IMG/VR virus record: IMGVR_UViG_3300027983_002388
DNA: 64,000 bases
Direction: 5' to 3' (one strand)
DNA from: a virus
Lineage: Duplodnaviria > Caudoviricetes
In this document: piece by piece, positions 48,772-57,761 of the stretch
How the letters are laid out: each line of letters begins with the position of its first letter
Numbering within the stretch: the stretch's first letter is position 1
Position numbers and translations under genes: made by a program
Notes under the pieces: model-generated
Told to the model about the DNA's origin: nothing
What the model saw: only the letters and a program-made list of their open reading frames with translations
Database searches by the model: none

Positions 48772-49278
48772 ATGTCGTCGAAACCAGCACTAATCGGACA
48801 AGTGGCGAGCCAAATGATGAAAAGCGGTCGTCCAGGACGGCTTATTGCTACAGATAAACAGAAAGAAAACTTTCAGTTGCGACACAAAAAGCATATTGCT
48901 TGGGCGATTGACAGCCTTCCTCGAAGTAGTACTGCTGTCCCTGCCGTTGTTGTCAAGTGCCTTATTAAGTACGACAACAATAGGGTGGTGGAATTTTGCA
49001 AGGCTTTACGAAGTGGGCTATTTCAAGGGCAAGACGATCCTGCGCTTCAACTGTGGAAGTTTTTGCAAAAACACCGTGGACATGATACCGTTTCTGTGTA
49101 CCAACGGGCGGTCGGTGCTGCAAAGGCTTATATGGAAGGTAGAACACTCAGTTCTCTCAGGCCGTTGAAAGAAGATGTATTTGCCTGGGACGAAGGATGG
49201 ACGGTCCCGGACGATCTTCTTGGCAACTGGACCCCGGATAATCTTCCGAAAGCAGATTCGGATCGACCAATCTCTTGA
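48772..49278 (+). CDS. Paralog of the C-terminal half of the ParB-like protein at 40778
   Basis: IAW..LP, DDPA..LW, EDVFAWDEGW match IAW..LP, GDPA..LY, EDIFQWQEGW. Confidence 0.65.
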   Translation: MSSKPALIGQVASQMMKSGRPGRLIATDKQKENFQLRHKKHIAWAIDSLPRSSTAVPAVVVKCLIKYDNNRVVEFCKALRSGLFQGQDDPALQLWKFLQKHRGHDTVSVYQRAVGAAKAYMEGRTLSSLRPLKEDVFAWDEGWTVPDDLLGNWTPDNLPKADSDRPIS

Positions 49279-49329
49279 GTAAAGGCGTTCACCCTAAAAG
49301 GTGGGAACATATCAAGAGTGTACTGAAAG

Positions 49330-49360
49330 AAAAAAGCACCGGGTTGTCCGGTGCTTTTTT
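49330..49360. terminator. Bidirectional intrinsic terminator
   Basis: aaaaaagcaccgg-gttgt-ccggtgctttttt. Confidence 0.8.
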
Positions 49361-49385
49361 GTTTGTTCTTTGACTTCTGGAGATA

Positions 49386-51038
49386 TTACTTAGGCTTAAC
49401 CAGCGTATATCGCACAACTCGTACTTGTCCAAGTTTGATAATCGGCTGAATCATAGTTTCGCCGACCTGAAGTGAACCTTTGGTGCGAATAAAATCAGCC
49501 ATCCGGTCTTTGACCAACCGCATATCTTCACCAGGACAGATCATTTTGAACATATCCCTCAGCGTAAATACATAACCATCATCATTTAGATCAGCCCATT
49601 TTGTGATAGAATCCAAAATTTCTGTTCCAATCGTTCGACCTGCAATAGATTGGGCCGAATTCCTCGCCGCCTTAATGAAATTAAGGGCTGAAATTGGAAA
49701 TTGTTCTTCATTGACCGAATGGCATCGCTCAAGTTCTTCTTCTTTAAGATATGCCGAGAGCATTCTCTCCACTCGCTTATAAAGCAGAGCCACAGCATCA
49801 GCACTTGTTGGAGCGCTTGTCATCGTTTCCTTGAGGTATCTTCGCAAAGAACGCAGGGACGTGGTTCCTGGCTGTCTCGAAATGGTCTGCCTCTCGACCT
49901 TTTCACCATCGGTCAGAAGATAATCATAGGCATATTCCAACTTTTCTTTGCTGATGCCATAAACGTATGCCCTAAGAAACACGGCCTTGACAATGCCCAT
50001 TCCAACTCTGCGTTTTTGTCCATCCGTGTAACGAGACAACAGGTCATTGAGCCAAGTCAACGGTTCTTGGAAATGGTCAATCATCTTCCTAAGAGTCTTG
50101 AAGCTGAATTGAGTATTCTCTTGCTTTCCTCTGCTATAAGCGACCCTTATTACAGTTGCATTTTTGTTGTTGTACAATGATTCATTAGGATTGTTGCCAG
50201 CCATTGTTTCTGCGTCGTCCATAGTTCGACCGGCTCCGGTATCAATTACCGGCACTTCTTCGTCGGAAATACGACGACGAGTCATAACTCGAATCGACTT
50301 GCCAGATAATAGGCAAGCCAAAGAGCGATGACAACCATTTCTGATGCCGTCATGATTGAACAGGAACATTGAATCACCGATGTAGTAATTTTTTTGTTCA
50401 ATGTCTTGAATAAGGCCAAACACTTTGCCTTCTCGCACTTTGCGATTCGTGGCATTCATCACGATCAACCAAGCGATTTCCGGCGTAATTGTCTCTTCAG
50501 AGTAATCACGAGGATCGCTTTCGCTAATCCTTTTGTATTCAGCCCAATCCTTTTCTGTGGGGGTCAGCTTTGGAAAGGACATCCTAATTGATTTGGGAAT
50601 CCAATTAGGAATATTGAAGTTAAATCCTGCGGACGACGACAGTAAATCAAGCTGAACCTTTGGTTCGCTCATTTTTAGTTCCTTGAAAATAACACTCGAA
50701 CAAAAACCTGAGTCGGTAAGACATTCAGGTAACTCCACATCAATTAGGCGATGGTACTCAATTCCAAATTTTCGATCAATCCAATTTTGGCGCATTTCGA
50801 CAATCAGAGAAATTAGCTCTTGGTCCAAGTAAAACCATTCTTTATGGCTGTTGATGTAATGAAAATATGTATGAAGGTAATCTTCATCGGACAATGTTCC
50901 CGGATAAATAGCCAACAAAACCTGCTTTTCATCGGGCGACATGCCGCTTAACGTAAAAATACGATCAGGCAAACTATTGCTATGACCGATTTTAACCTTT
51001 TTAAGCTGTGGCGAATAAAGAAAATAAACATATCCCAT
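49386..51038 (-). CDS. T5orf172/GIY-YIG-like domain fused to ParB/Srx-like domain
   Basis: GYVYFL..VKIGHS..DRI..EDYLH..EWF; NGCHRSLA..IDTGAGRT. Confidence 0.7.
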   Translation of the reverse strand: MGYVYFLYSPQLKKVKIGHSNSLPDRIFTLSGMSPDEKQVLLAIYPGTLSDEDYLHTYFHYINSHKEWFYLDQELISLIVEMRQNWIDRKFGIEYHRLIDVELPECLTDSGFCSSVIFKELKMSEPKVQLDLLSSSAGFNFNIPNWIPKSIRMSFPKLTPTEKDWAEYKRISESDPRDYSEETITPEIAWLIVMNATNRKVREGKVFGLIQDIEQKNYYIGDSMFLFNHDGIRNGCHRSLACLLSGKSIRVMTRRRISDEEVPVIDTGAGRTMDDAETMAGNNPNESLYNNKNATVIRVAYSRGKQENTQFSFKTLRKMIDHFQEPLTWLNDLLSRYTDGQKRRVGMGIVKAVFLRAYVYGISKEKLEYAYDYLLTDGEKVERQTISRQPGTTSLRSLRRYLKETMTSAPTSADAVALLYKRVERMLSAYLKEEELERCHSVNEEQFPISALNFIKAARNSAQSIAGRTIGTEILDSITKWADLNDDGYVFTLRDMFKMICPGEDMRLVKDRMADFIRTKGSLQVGETMIQPIIKLGQVRVVRYTLVKPK

Positions 51039-51099
51039 GAAAGATTATATGGGCCAAGCGACAAATAAGTGGCTCGTTGTGTTTATTTGCGAATTTTTT

Positions 51100-51669
51100 T
51101 CAAGATATTTCAGGTGCATTTGATGATTCGATAAAGAAGTCATCCTCAAGTTTCAATAAATGTTCCAAAGCAACAACTGACCATTTCCCATATTGTAACT
51201 TGTATTTGAAAGTATGTCCGACCAAATCTTTGGTGTGAACAAAAGCCAACCACGGCTTTCGGGTTTTCTTCCAGCAAAGAAGCGGCTTTCTTCCGCAACG
51301 CTTGCTGTCTTGGGTGACTTGATCTAAGAACGCATCAAGCTCGCTGTTCCCCCGCACAAAGACAGAACTCATGTCGATGCCGTCATAGCCGCCTTTGCTC
51401 TCTATGACGAAGCGGAAGCCTTGGGGAACGATTAGATCGCCGGAGAAGACCTCTCGTGCGTGCTTGGGAAGATGATTGACTTGTCCCCAACGATTGCCGG
51501 AGCCAACAGAGCGACTAAAGCCGTCACCAAATCTAGTGTTCAGGACTTTGGTAAGGTCAAGTTCAGTGCGATTGCCCTTCTTCTTGCCATCAACTTTTTT
51601 GGTAGTCTTTTTTTTGCTAAGAATATCGTCAGTGACGAAATCCTCCATATCCTCAAAATCATGTTTCAT
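51100..51669 (-). CDS. Holliday junction resolvase-like PD-(D/E)XK nuclease
   Basis: KKGNRTELD, SVGSG, GDLI, IESKGG. Confidence 0.75.
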   Translation of the reverse strand: MKHDFEDMEDFVTDDILSKKKTTKKVDGKKKGNRTELDLTKVLNTRFGDGFSRSVGSGNRWGQVNHLPKHAREVFSGDLIVPQGFRFVIESKGGYDGIDMSSVFVRGNSELDAFLDQVTQDSKRCGRKPLLCWKKTRKPWLAFVHTKDLVGHTFKYKLQYGKWSVVALEHLLKLEDDFFIESSNAPEIS

Positions 51670-51697
51670 GTTGTAACCTCTAACAATTATATAGAGA

Positions 51698-52876
51698 TTA
51701 CCGAGATATAATGCCGCTCAATCCTTCCAGGTCTTGACGTTGCTGTTCCAGGTCTTGCAATAATTGATCGAAATCATGTCGCTGTATTGACTGCTCTTGG
51801 ACCAATTGCTCTGTATAAGTGCGGATATTGTTAATCAAATCAATCATCTCGTCGCACTTCTTCTCCACTTCAGATAAAGGGAACTCTTCCCACTCAACAA
51901 TCTTAGGCAACGGTCGCTCTTTTGGAGGTTTCTGCACTTGCAGGATGCGATCTTTTTCATCGAGACTGGTAATGACTTCAAAAGAAGCATTACGTTGAAT
52001 TGGGTCGTGCTTCTTGCCGTCAAATTGCCACGGCGTCGAGCCTTCTTTACAAACCTCAAATCGCTGGACGTTTTTGGGAGTTGTCTCTTCAAGAGTGATT
52101 TTGAATTCCCAAATTTCTTCAGTGGGTAATTCAATTAGTTTTTGTGTACGAGCTAGACTTTTAATGCCAGAACATTCATGAACAGCGTCTTCCCATATCG
52201 TCGGTTCAGACACAAAGAAAACTTGACCAAGAGGCTCTCGCATATCGACAATCCACAATGGACGGTGACGATTACGAAACAACCATAACATGCGACTGCC
52301 ATTTTCTCTTCGTTCACCTACGGCGACCGCCATGTGTCCTTCGTTGATGAGACTAAAAATATCTCGAATGCCTGCTAATCTTTGCGGCAATTCGGCATCG
52401 CCAAAATCTTTCTTTAACTCTTTGGCTGAATAACTCTCACCAGATTCAAATATCCTAAGAAGGATTTCTGAATCGCATTGAGTTTGCAAACCGTATTTTT
52501 GTTTCAGAGAATGATATTCACAATCATCAACACGACCATTGTGAATCAAACCTATTGATTTGTCCTGGCTGGTAAATGGGTGATTGTTTTGATTTGCACT
52601 TGGCTCACCAACACCTTTTGAAGCACCACGAGCATGAATCAACAAGAGATTGGGATTGTGTTTGGATACTAATTTCCAAACATCCTTCTTGATGAAATGG
52701 CTAGATTTGCCCGGTTCTTTGTGATAGAGAACATTGCCGTTAACGCCGCTCTCCGTACCCCAATAACCAGCAGCATCGACGCCCCGACATTCGCTCTTCT
52801 CAAATAATTTGGTTATCAGTTGATAGGTAAGAACTGGCTTCTTTGATTCGCCTATGTAACCGGCAATTCCACACAT
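51698..52876 (-). CDS. Class II (Ntn) glutamine amidotransferase with coiled-coil tail
   Basis: N-terminal MCGIAG, RG.DAAG, HAR.AS, NNHPF, HNG, CDSEI. Confidence 0.85.
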   Translation of the reverse strand: MCGIAGYIGESKKPVLTYQLITKLFEKSECRGVDAAGYWGTESGVNGNVLYHKEPGKSSHFIKKDVWKLVSKHNPNLLLIHARGASKGVGEPSANQNNHPFTSQDKSIGLIHNGRVDDCEYHSLKQKYGLQTQCDSEILLRIFESGESYSAKELKKDFGDAELPQRLAGIRDIFSLINEGHMAVAVGERRENGSRMLWLFRNRHRPLWIVDMREPLGQVFFVSEPTIWEDAVHECSGIKSLARTQKLIELPTEEIWEFKITLEETTPKNVQRFEVCKEGSTPWQFDGKKHDPIQRNASFEVITSLDEKDRILQVQKPPKERPLPKIVEWEEFPLSEVEKKCDEMIDLINNIRTYTEQLVQEQSIQRHDFDQLLQDLEQQRQDLEGLSGIISR

Positions 52877-52890
52877 TAGCATCCTCGTTC

Positions 52891-53409
52891 TTAGAAACCA
52901 TCCATAGGGCCAGGATTGCCCGCCAATGGCGGCGTAGCCAAACTTCCTGTACCTCCTGGTGGAGCTACAGGGCCAGCCTTATCAATTGTAGCTGATTGTG
53001 GCGGCGGGGCAGATTGATCTGGTTTGTCTGTGCCTTTATCATCTTCTTCTGGTGCCGTGTCTGTTGTGGCCAACTTATGAATTGGCACTCCCAGATTAGC
53101 GACAAGTTTTTCAAGAGATGTAGCACATCCAGCAATAGTTCCAGGTAGATCATCTTTTTCCTCGATTGATTTCATCAAGGCAACGCCAACTTTTTGTAGC
53201 GTTAAAAGATGTTTTTTTTCTTCCCTGGGCCAATTACTGTGTAAAATCCGGCGAATTTGATTGACGATACGCTCTGAGAACCGAGTTAAATCTCTAGTTC
53301 CCATATTATTGGCGTCATCACGCAGTTCTTGCGCAGCGGTCAATATATCGCCGACTTTTTGGCCGAGATAGGCTTGGGACTCGTTAAGTAAAAATTGTTT
53401 GAACCTCAT
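52891..53409 (-). CDS. Protein with capsid-targeting-like N-terminus and Pro-rich tail
   Basis: MRFKQFLLNES. Confidence 0.7.
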   Translation of the reverse strand: MRFKQFLLNESQAYLGQKVGDILTAAQELRDDANNMGTRDLTRFSERIVNQIRRILHSNWPREEKKHLLTLQKVGVALMKSIEEKDDLPGTIAGCATSLEKLVANLGVPIHKLATTDTAPEEDDKGTDKPDQSAPPPQSATIDKAGPVAPPGGTGSLATPPLAGNPGPMDGF

Positions 53410-53447
53410 GCTCTATTTAGAGAACGTATTCACATAATTTCTCCAAT

Positions 53448-55100
53448 TCACTGAGACTCTACAGGATTCTCTGGTTGAAGTTTCAATCCTCTGTGCTGAA
53501 TTGCCGCTGTAATCAGCCCTTTGAACAAAGGAGCGGCGTTCATCAACCTGCTTTTGAATTCAGGGTGAGCCTGAGTTCCAATGAAATAAGGGTGAATATT
53601 ACGATCCAACTCCATAACTTCAATAAGTCCAGTTTCCGGGTTTCGCCCACTAATTCTAAATCCCCGTTTAGCATATTGTTCAGAAAATTCCGGGTTTACC
53701 TCATATCGGTGGCGATGTCGTTCGCTAATCAATGGCTTGCCATAGACTTCGGACGCAATGCTATCCTTGGTCAATTCACACTCATACGAACCCAATCGCA
53801 TATTGGCTGATTTCTTATTCAGCTTTTCTTGCCCCTCAACAAAGTGAATGACCGGATATGGAGTTTCCTTATTGAATTCAAGGCTATTAGCTCCATCTAA
53901 ATCACATTCATTCCGAGCAAATTCAATTACAGCACACTGTAGTCCCAGGCAAATGCCCAAAAATGGAATCTTCTTCTCACGAACGTACTGAATGGCTTTG
54001 ATTTTACCTTCAGTACCTCGATTATCGAATCCACCAGGAACAATAATGCCATCCAAGCCCTCAAAATGCTTGTGGATGCCTCGCAAGTCTTTGTATTTCT
54101 CCAATTCATCAGCTTTGATCCACTTGATGTTAACACGAACATCATTGGCAATACCAGCATGAAGAAGGGATTCCTTCAAAGACATATACGCTTCATCACA
54201 ATTGTCGTATTTGCCAAATACGCCGATCTCAATGGCGGGCATGTGGTTGGAGACGTATTTTTCTACAACTTCACGATATTTGTGAATTCTACAAGCACTC
54301 CGATTCAATCGGAAAAGGTCAACGAAAAGATCGTCAACGTGCCGGTCGTAGAATTCAAGTGGAACCTGATAAATGCTCTGTACGTCTGGAGCATCAAATA
54401 TACACTCCCGTTTGACGTTGGTGAGCATCGAGACTTTGGCCAACAGCTTCTCAGGGATCGCACGATCTACACGACAGAAAATCACGTCGGGTTGCAGGCC
54501 ATGCCGCTGAAGCTCTTTAACGCTGTTCTGGAGGGGCTTTGTTTTGAATTCTTTTATCGTATTCACCCACAGAATAGGTGCGACCATAGCGATCAACACA
54601 TCGTCTTTGAACTTCTGCTTGAATTGTCGCATAGCTTCAAAGAAGGCAAAGCTCTCACTATCGCCAACGGTGCCGCCAATCTCAACAATAACAACGTCTT
54701 TATCTTTGCCCAAATCCACGAGGCGTTGCTGGATTTTATCTGTCAAATGCGGAATAAGCTGGATGGTTTGACCAAGATATTTGCCAGCTTCTTGTTCCTC
54801 GATCAATTCCTTGTGCAAAGTCCCTGACGTGCAAATGTTCATCTTGTTGACATTGATGCCAGCAATTCGCTCATAGTGTCCGAGATCAAGGTCGGTTTCC
54901 GTGCCATCATCGCAAAGGAAACACTCCCCGTGTTCACGGGGAGCCAAAATTCCCGCATTTGTGTTCAAATACGGGTCGAATTTGACGAGGGTGATGTTGT
55001 GACCACGGAACTTCAGCAAAAGCCCGACGCTCGCTGCCGAGACGCCCTTGCCAGTACCAGAAATCACACCACCGACCACTATAAGGTACTTAGCTGACAT
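53448..55100 (-). CDS. pyrG: CTP synthase
   Basis: GGVISGTGKG, KFDPYLN, ETDLDLGHYER, GICLGLQC, ERHRHRYE, QAHPEF. Confidence 0.95.
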   Translation of the reverse strand: MSAKYLIVVGGVISGTGKGVSAASVGLLLKFRGHNITLVKFDPYLNTNAGILAPREHGECFLCDDGTETDLDLGHYERIAGINVNKMNICTSGTLHKELIEEQEAGKYLGQTIQLIPHLTDKIQQRLVDLGKDKDVVIVEIGGTVGDSESFAFFEAMRQFKQKFKDDVLIAMVAPILWVNTIKEFKTKPLQNSVKELQRHGLQPDVIFCRVDRAIPEKLLAKVSMLTNVKRECIFDAPDVQSIYQVPLEFYDRHVDDLFVDLFRLNRSACRIHKYREVVEKYVSNHMPAIEIGVFGKYDNCDEAYMSLKESLLHAGIANDVRVNIKWIKADELEKYKDLRGIHKHFEGLDGIIVPGGFDNRGTEGKIKAIQYVREKKIPFLGICLGLQCAVIEFARNECDLDGANSLEFNKETPYPVIHFVEGQEKLNKKSANMRLGSYECELTKDSIASEVYGKPLISERHRHRYEVNPEFSEQYAKRGFRISGRNPETGLIEVMELDRNIHPYFIGTQAHPEFKSRLMNAAPLFKGLITAAIQHRGLKLQPENPVESQ

Positions 55101-55137
55101 TGACTCTCCTTTGGTAATTCCAAACAATATTTTCAAG

Positions 55138-55203
55138 CAAGCCCTGCTTTCACCTAAGAGCGAGCACCCGACCTCTTTAGGATCGGGGTAGTTGACAGGG
55201 CTT
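55138..55203. mobile_element. Isolated IS200/IS605-family end hairpin remnant
   Basis: Minus strand GTCAACTACCCCGATCCTAAAGAGGTCGGG...GGGCTTG; no transposase or nuclease gene nearby. Confidence 0.45.
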
Positions 55204-55275
55204 ATTCTTTATGCACTCTGGAGTGTTCGTCGTAGTGGGTCGATCAGGACCGGAACTTTATCCGATCTCACAAAA

Positions 55276-57549
55276 TCATATTGAGCAAGCTCCACCGGCA
55301 CAAGCAATTGTGTCCATCGGCTTGGTTTCGTCGGTTTCTTCGATCATCAAAGAATAATCTACGTCTTTGTATTCTCTCTGCAAATCTTGCCAGAGCTTCC
55401 AATTGTGGACTTCTTTGAGGCAATATGTCATATGACGTGAATCACCCTCGAAATATCGGTTGGCAAACTGCACTGCACGACGAACAAAATCCTTCTTTGC
55501 CTCCCAAGAAGCATGAGCAATTTTGTGGGCATGATGTTCTTGCATATGTTCATAATTGATGACATCACCCACCAATTCGGCTTCTGGAGACTTGGGTTCA
55601 ACCAAGGGATCGCCATAACCTAATACGGTTTCGCAAGCTACCCAGAGGTTATCATCAAATGCACGCAATCCATGAACAATTAAACCACTGGCAAACAAAC
55701 TGCCTTCGCCATACATCTGAACGATTTCACGGGCAGTATGAACGGTAGTGAAGGGGGCTTGGGGATAATCCAAATCGCCTGATTGCGGAAGCAATGCGAT
55801 GCCTGCAAAGAATCTACGATTGTCGAAAATATAATCAGTGACAGCATCCCATTCATCGGGACGTACATTGATCGTATTGGATACGTTATGAGTGAGCCAC
55901 GGTTGAGTACAAAGTTCAGGACGTGTGCCAGCCATAACCCAATTTGCCTGTGTACTCTTGACGTGTTCCAGGAGCTTCAAAGCAGACAATTGGTTCTTGG
56001 TCTTTGCACCATCAGGAACTTCTACACAGAACGTAATGACCTCATCGGTCTTATTGGCGCTCCATACAGATTTCTCAACAGCAATCCCATTTCGCTCTTT
56101 GAAGAACTGCAAAGGAGCTTCCATATAGTTGCCCTGAATACGACGAAAATAACGCTTGGCATGATGCGGGTGAATACCGCTGGCACTGCCAAGAATACAG
56201 CTAGTCGTTCCGGCTGGCTTTACGCATGTTGCACGGGCGGCTGGGTTGATTCCAATCTGCTTGGCCATCCACTCATTCGTATCAAGAATGAGCTTTGCCA
56301 TTTCCTGTTGATTTTCCTCATCGAAAATAATATCAGGATTATCCATCATACCCGTAATGCTGACGCCCAATAGAGCTTCTCGTTCCACAATCTCCTTGGA
56401 TGTTTGTCCAAGATATTCAAAGTTTGTATACGATGCTTGAAGAGTGCCAATAATGGCTGCGGCTTTGGCCGCAATAGCAAAATCTTCTTTGCTCTTGATC
56501 TTGCGACCATTGATTTCGCAAAGATTGCACATCTGCCAACCTGAAATGCCAGTCTTCCAATGAACCGGCCACATGCCAATTTCAACACATGGGTTCACAA
56601 CAAGGTCGGGATGATCGGCAAATACGAATCCAGGTTCTCCGAATTCTTTTACATCCTTCATTGCCTCTTCAAATTGCTCTTTAGTGGTTTCGCCACGAAT
56701 GAGCAACATAGAGTTGTTGGACCTTGCTCTCTGAGGATTTTCCGTAAACCAATTACCAGTCTTGGCTTTACGCATATCCATATCGTCTACCGAGAACAAA
56801 CAAATGGTAGCCGACCGTCGAACGCCACCACTCAAAACGGCATCGCTGATGTGCATAACAATATCGTATGCGTCAATAGACCGCAGGCGTTTGAACCTCT
56901 TGCAGCGATCATCCATGAGCTTACAAATAATCTCTAGTGAACGACGTAATGGTTCTGGTCCTGGGGCCTTGCCAACTCCCGATGCCAATACAGCACCGGC
57001 TGGGCGAATGTGTGAAAAATCAAAGGTCACATCACAGCCATACCATTCCGAAAATTCTTCATGGGGCATGTATGTTGCCAACAAGATACCCAAAGCATCA
57101 GACCATCCCTCAATTGAGTCAGGAATGATATACTTTCGCTTTTTGTGAACCTGTCCGCTTGTACGACTTTCATGGAAATCAGGTAGCTTTCCAATATGGT
57201 GATGTTGCACAGAAAAACCTGTGCCGCAACCGCATAATAAAAGCCAGAATGTTTCTTGGAAAAAACGCACTCGGTCGCAATATGAGACACAGCAGTTGTA
57301 CATGCGGGCATTTTTTTGTTCAATTGACTTGCCGCCAAATTGGAGCGCCCGTTGTGAGCCTAGCACTAATTTTTGCTTAACTTTATCGAATGCCCATTCA
57401 ATGTCCGAAATCATGTGCGGGAACTTACGAATGTGCATTTGCATCACTCGATCAACCGCCTCATTCCAAATCTCTCTTCTTTTTTCTTTCTGATTAAATC
57501 GAGCATATCTGCTGACGTAAGTGTATTCCTGTAAAGCCTTTATAGACAT
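55276..57549 (-). CDS. nrdJ: Class II (adenosylcobalamin) ribonucleoside-triphosphate reductase, monomeric type
   Basis: GGVRRSATI, VNPCVEI, CNLCEING, TCVKPAGT, C-terminal CAGGAC. Confidence 0.9.
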   Translation of the reverse strand: MSIKALQEYTYVSRYARFNQKEKRREIWNEAVDRVMQMHIRKFPHMISDIEWAFDKVKQKLVLGSQRALQFGGKSIEQKNARMYNCCVSYCDRVRFFQETFWLLLCGCGTGFSVQHHHIGKLPDFHESRTSGQVHKKRKYIIPDSIEGWSDALGILLATYMPHEEFSEWYGCDVTFDFSHIRPAGAVLASGVGKAPGPEPLRRSLEIICKLMDDRCKRFKRLRSIDAYDIVMHISDAVLSGGVRRSATICLFSVDDMDMRKAKTGNWFTENPQRARSNNSMLLIRGETTKEQFEEAMKDVKEFGEPGFVFADHPDLVVNPCVEIGMWPVHWKTGISGWQMCNLCEINGRKIKSKEDFAIAAKAAAIIGTLQASYTNFEYLGQTSKEIVEREALLGVSITGMMDNPDIIFDEENQQEMAKLILDTNEWMAKQIGINPAARATCVKPAGTTSCILGSASGIHPHHAKRYFRRIQGNYMEAPLQFFKERNGIAVEKSVWSANKTDEVITFCVEVPDGAKTKNQLSALKLLEHVKSTQANWVMAGTRPELCTQPWLTHNVSNTINVRPDEWDAVTDYIFDNRRFFAGIALLPQSGDLDYPQAPFTTVHTAREIVQMYGEGSLFASGLIVHGLRAFDDNLWVACETVLGYGDPLVEPKSPEAELVGDVINYEHMQEHHAHKIAHASWEAKKDFVRRAVQFANRYFEGDSRHMTYCLKEVHNWKLWQDLQREYKDVDYSLMIEETDETKPMDTIACAGGACSI

Positions 57550-57652
57550 TTTTCCTCTTTTCCTTCTGCCAAATATTGTTTGGTCTTGTTTGCTGGGAAG
57601 GTAGCTAGTTGTTATGAGCTGAATTTTTTGACTATTATTGTCGGGGGTTACA

Positions 57653-57681
57653 ATAATAGCTTTTAAGGCATTTTATGGCAA
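57653..57681 (-). promoter_or_regulatory. Sigma70-type promoter for nrdJ
   Basis: TTGCCA-N17-TATTAT; both boxes lie inside inverted repeats. Confidence 0.5.
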
Positions 57682-57761
57682 GCCATAAGTCGCTCTGAAA
57701 GTAACTTATATCGTGCAAAAACGTGCAAAAACCTTTCGCACGAACACATAAATGGTCTTCT

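Noticed and set aside
55276-57549. Intein or intron in RNR, sheath, pyrG or sbcC
   Set aside because: Catalytic motifs are contiguous and lengths are ordinary.
57550-57760. Cobalamin riboswitch upstream of nrdJ
   Set aside because: No GGGAA, GCCACTG or CAGGAGAC-type elements found on the minus strand.
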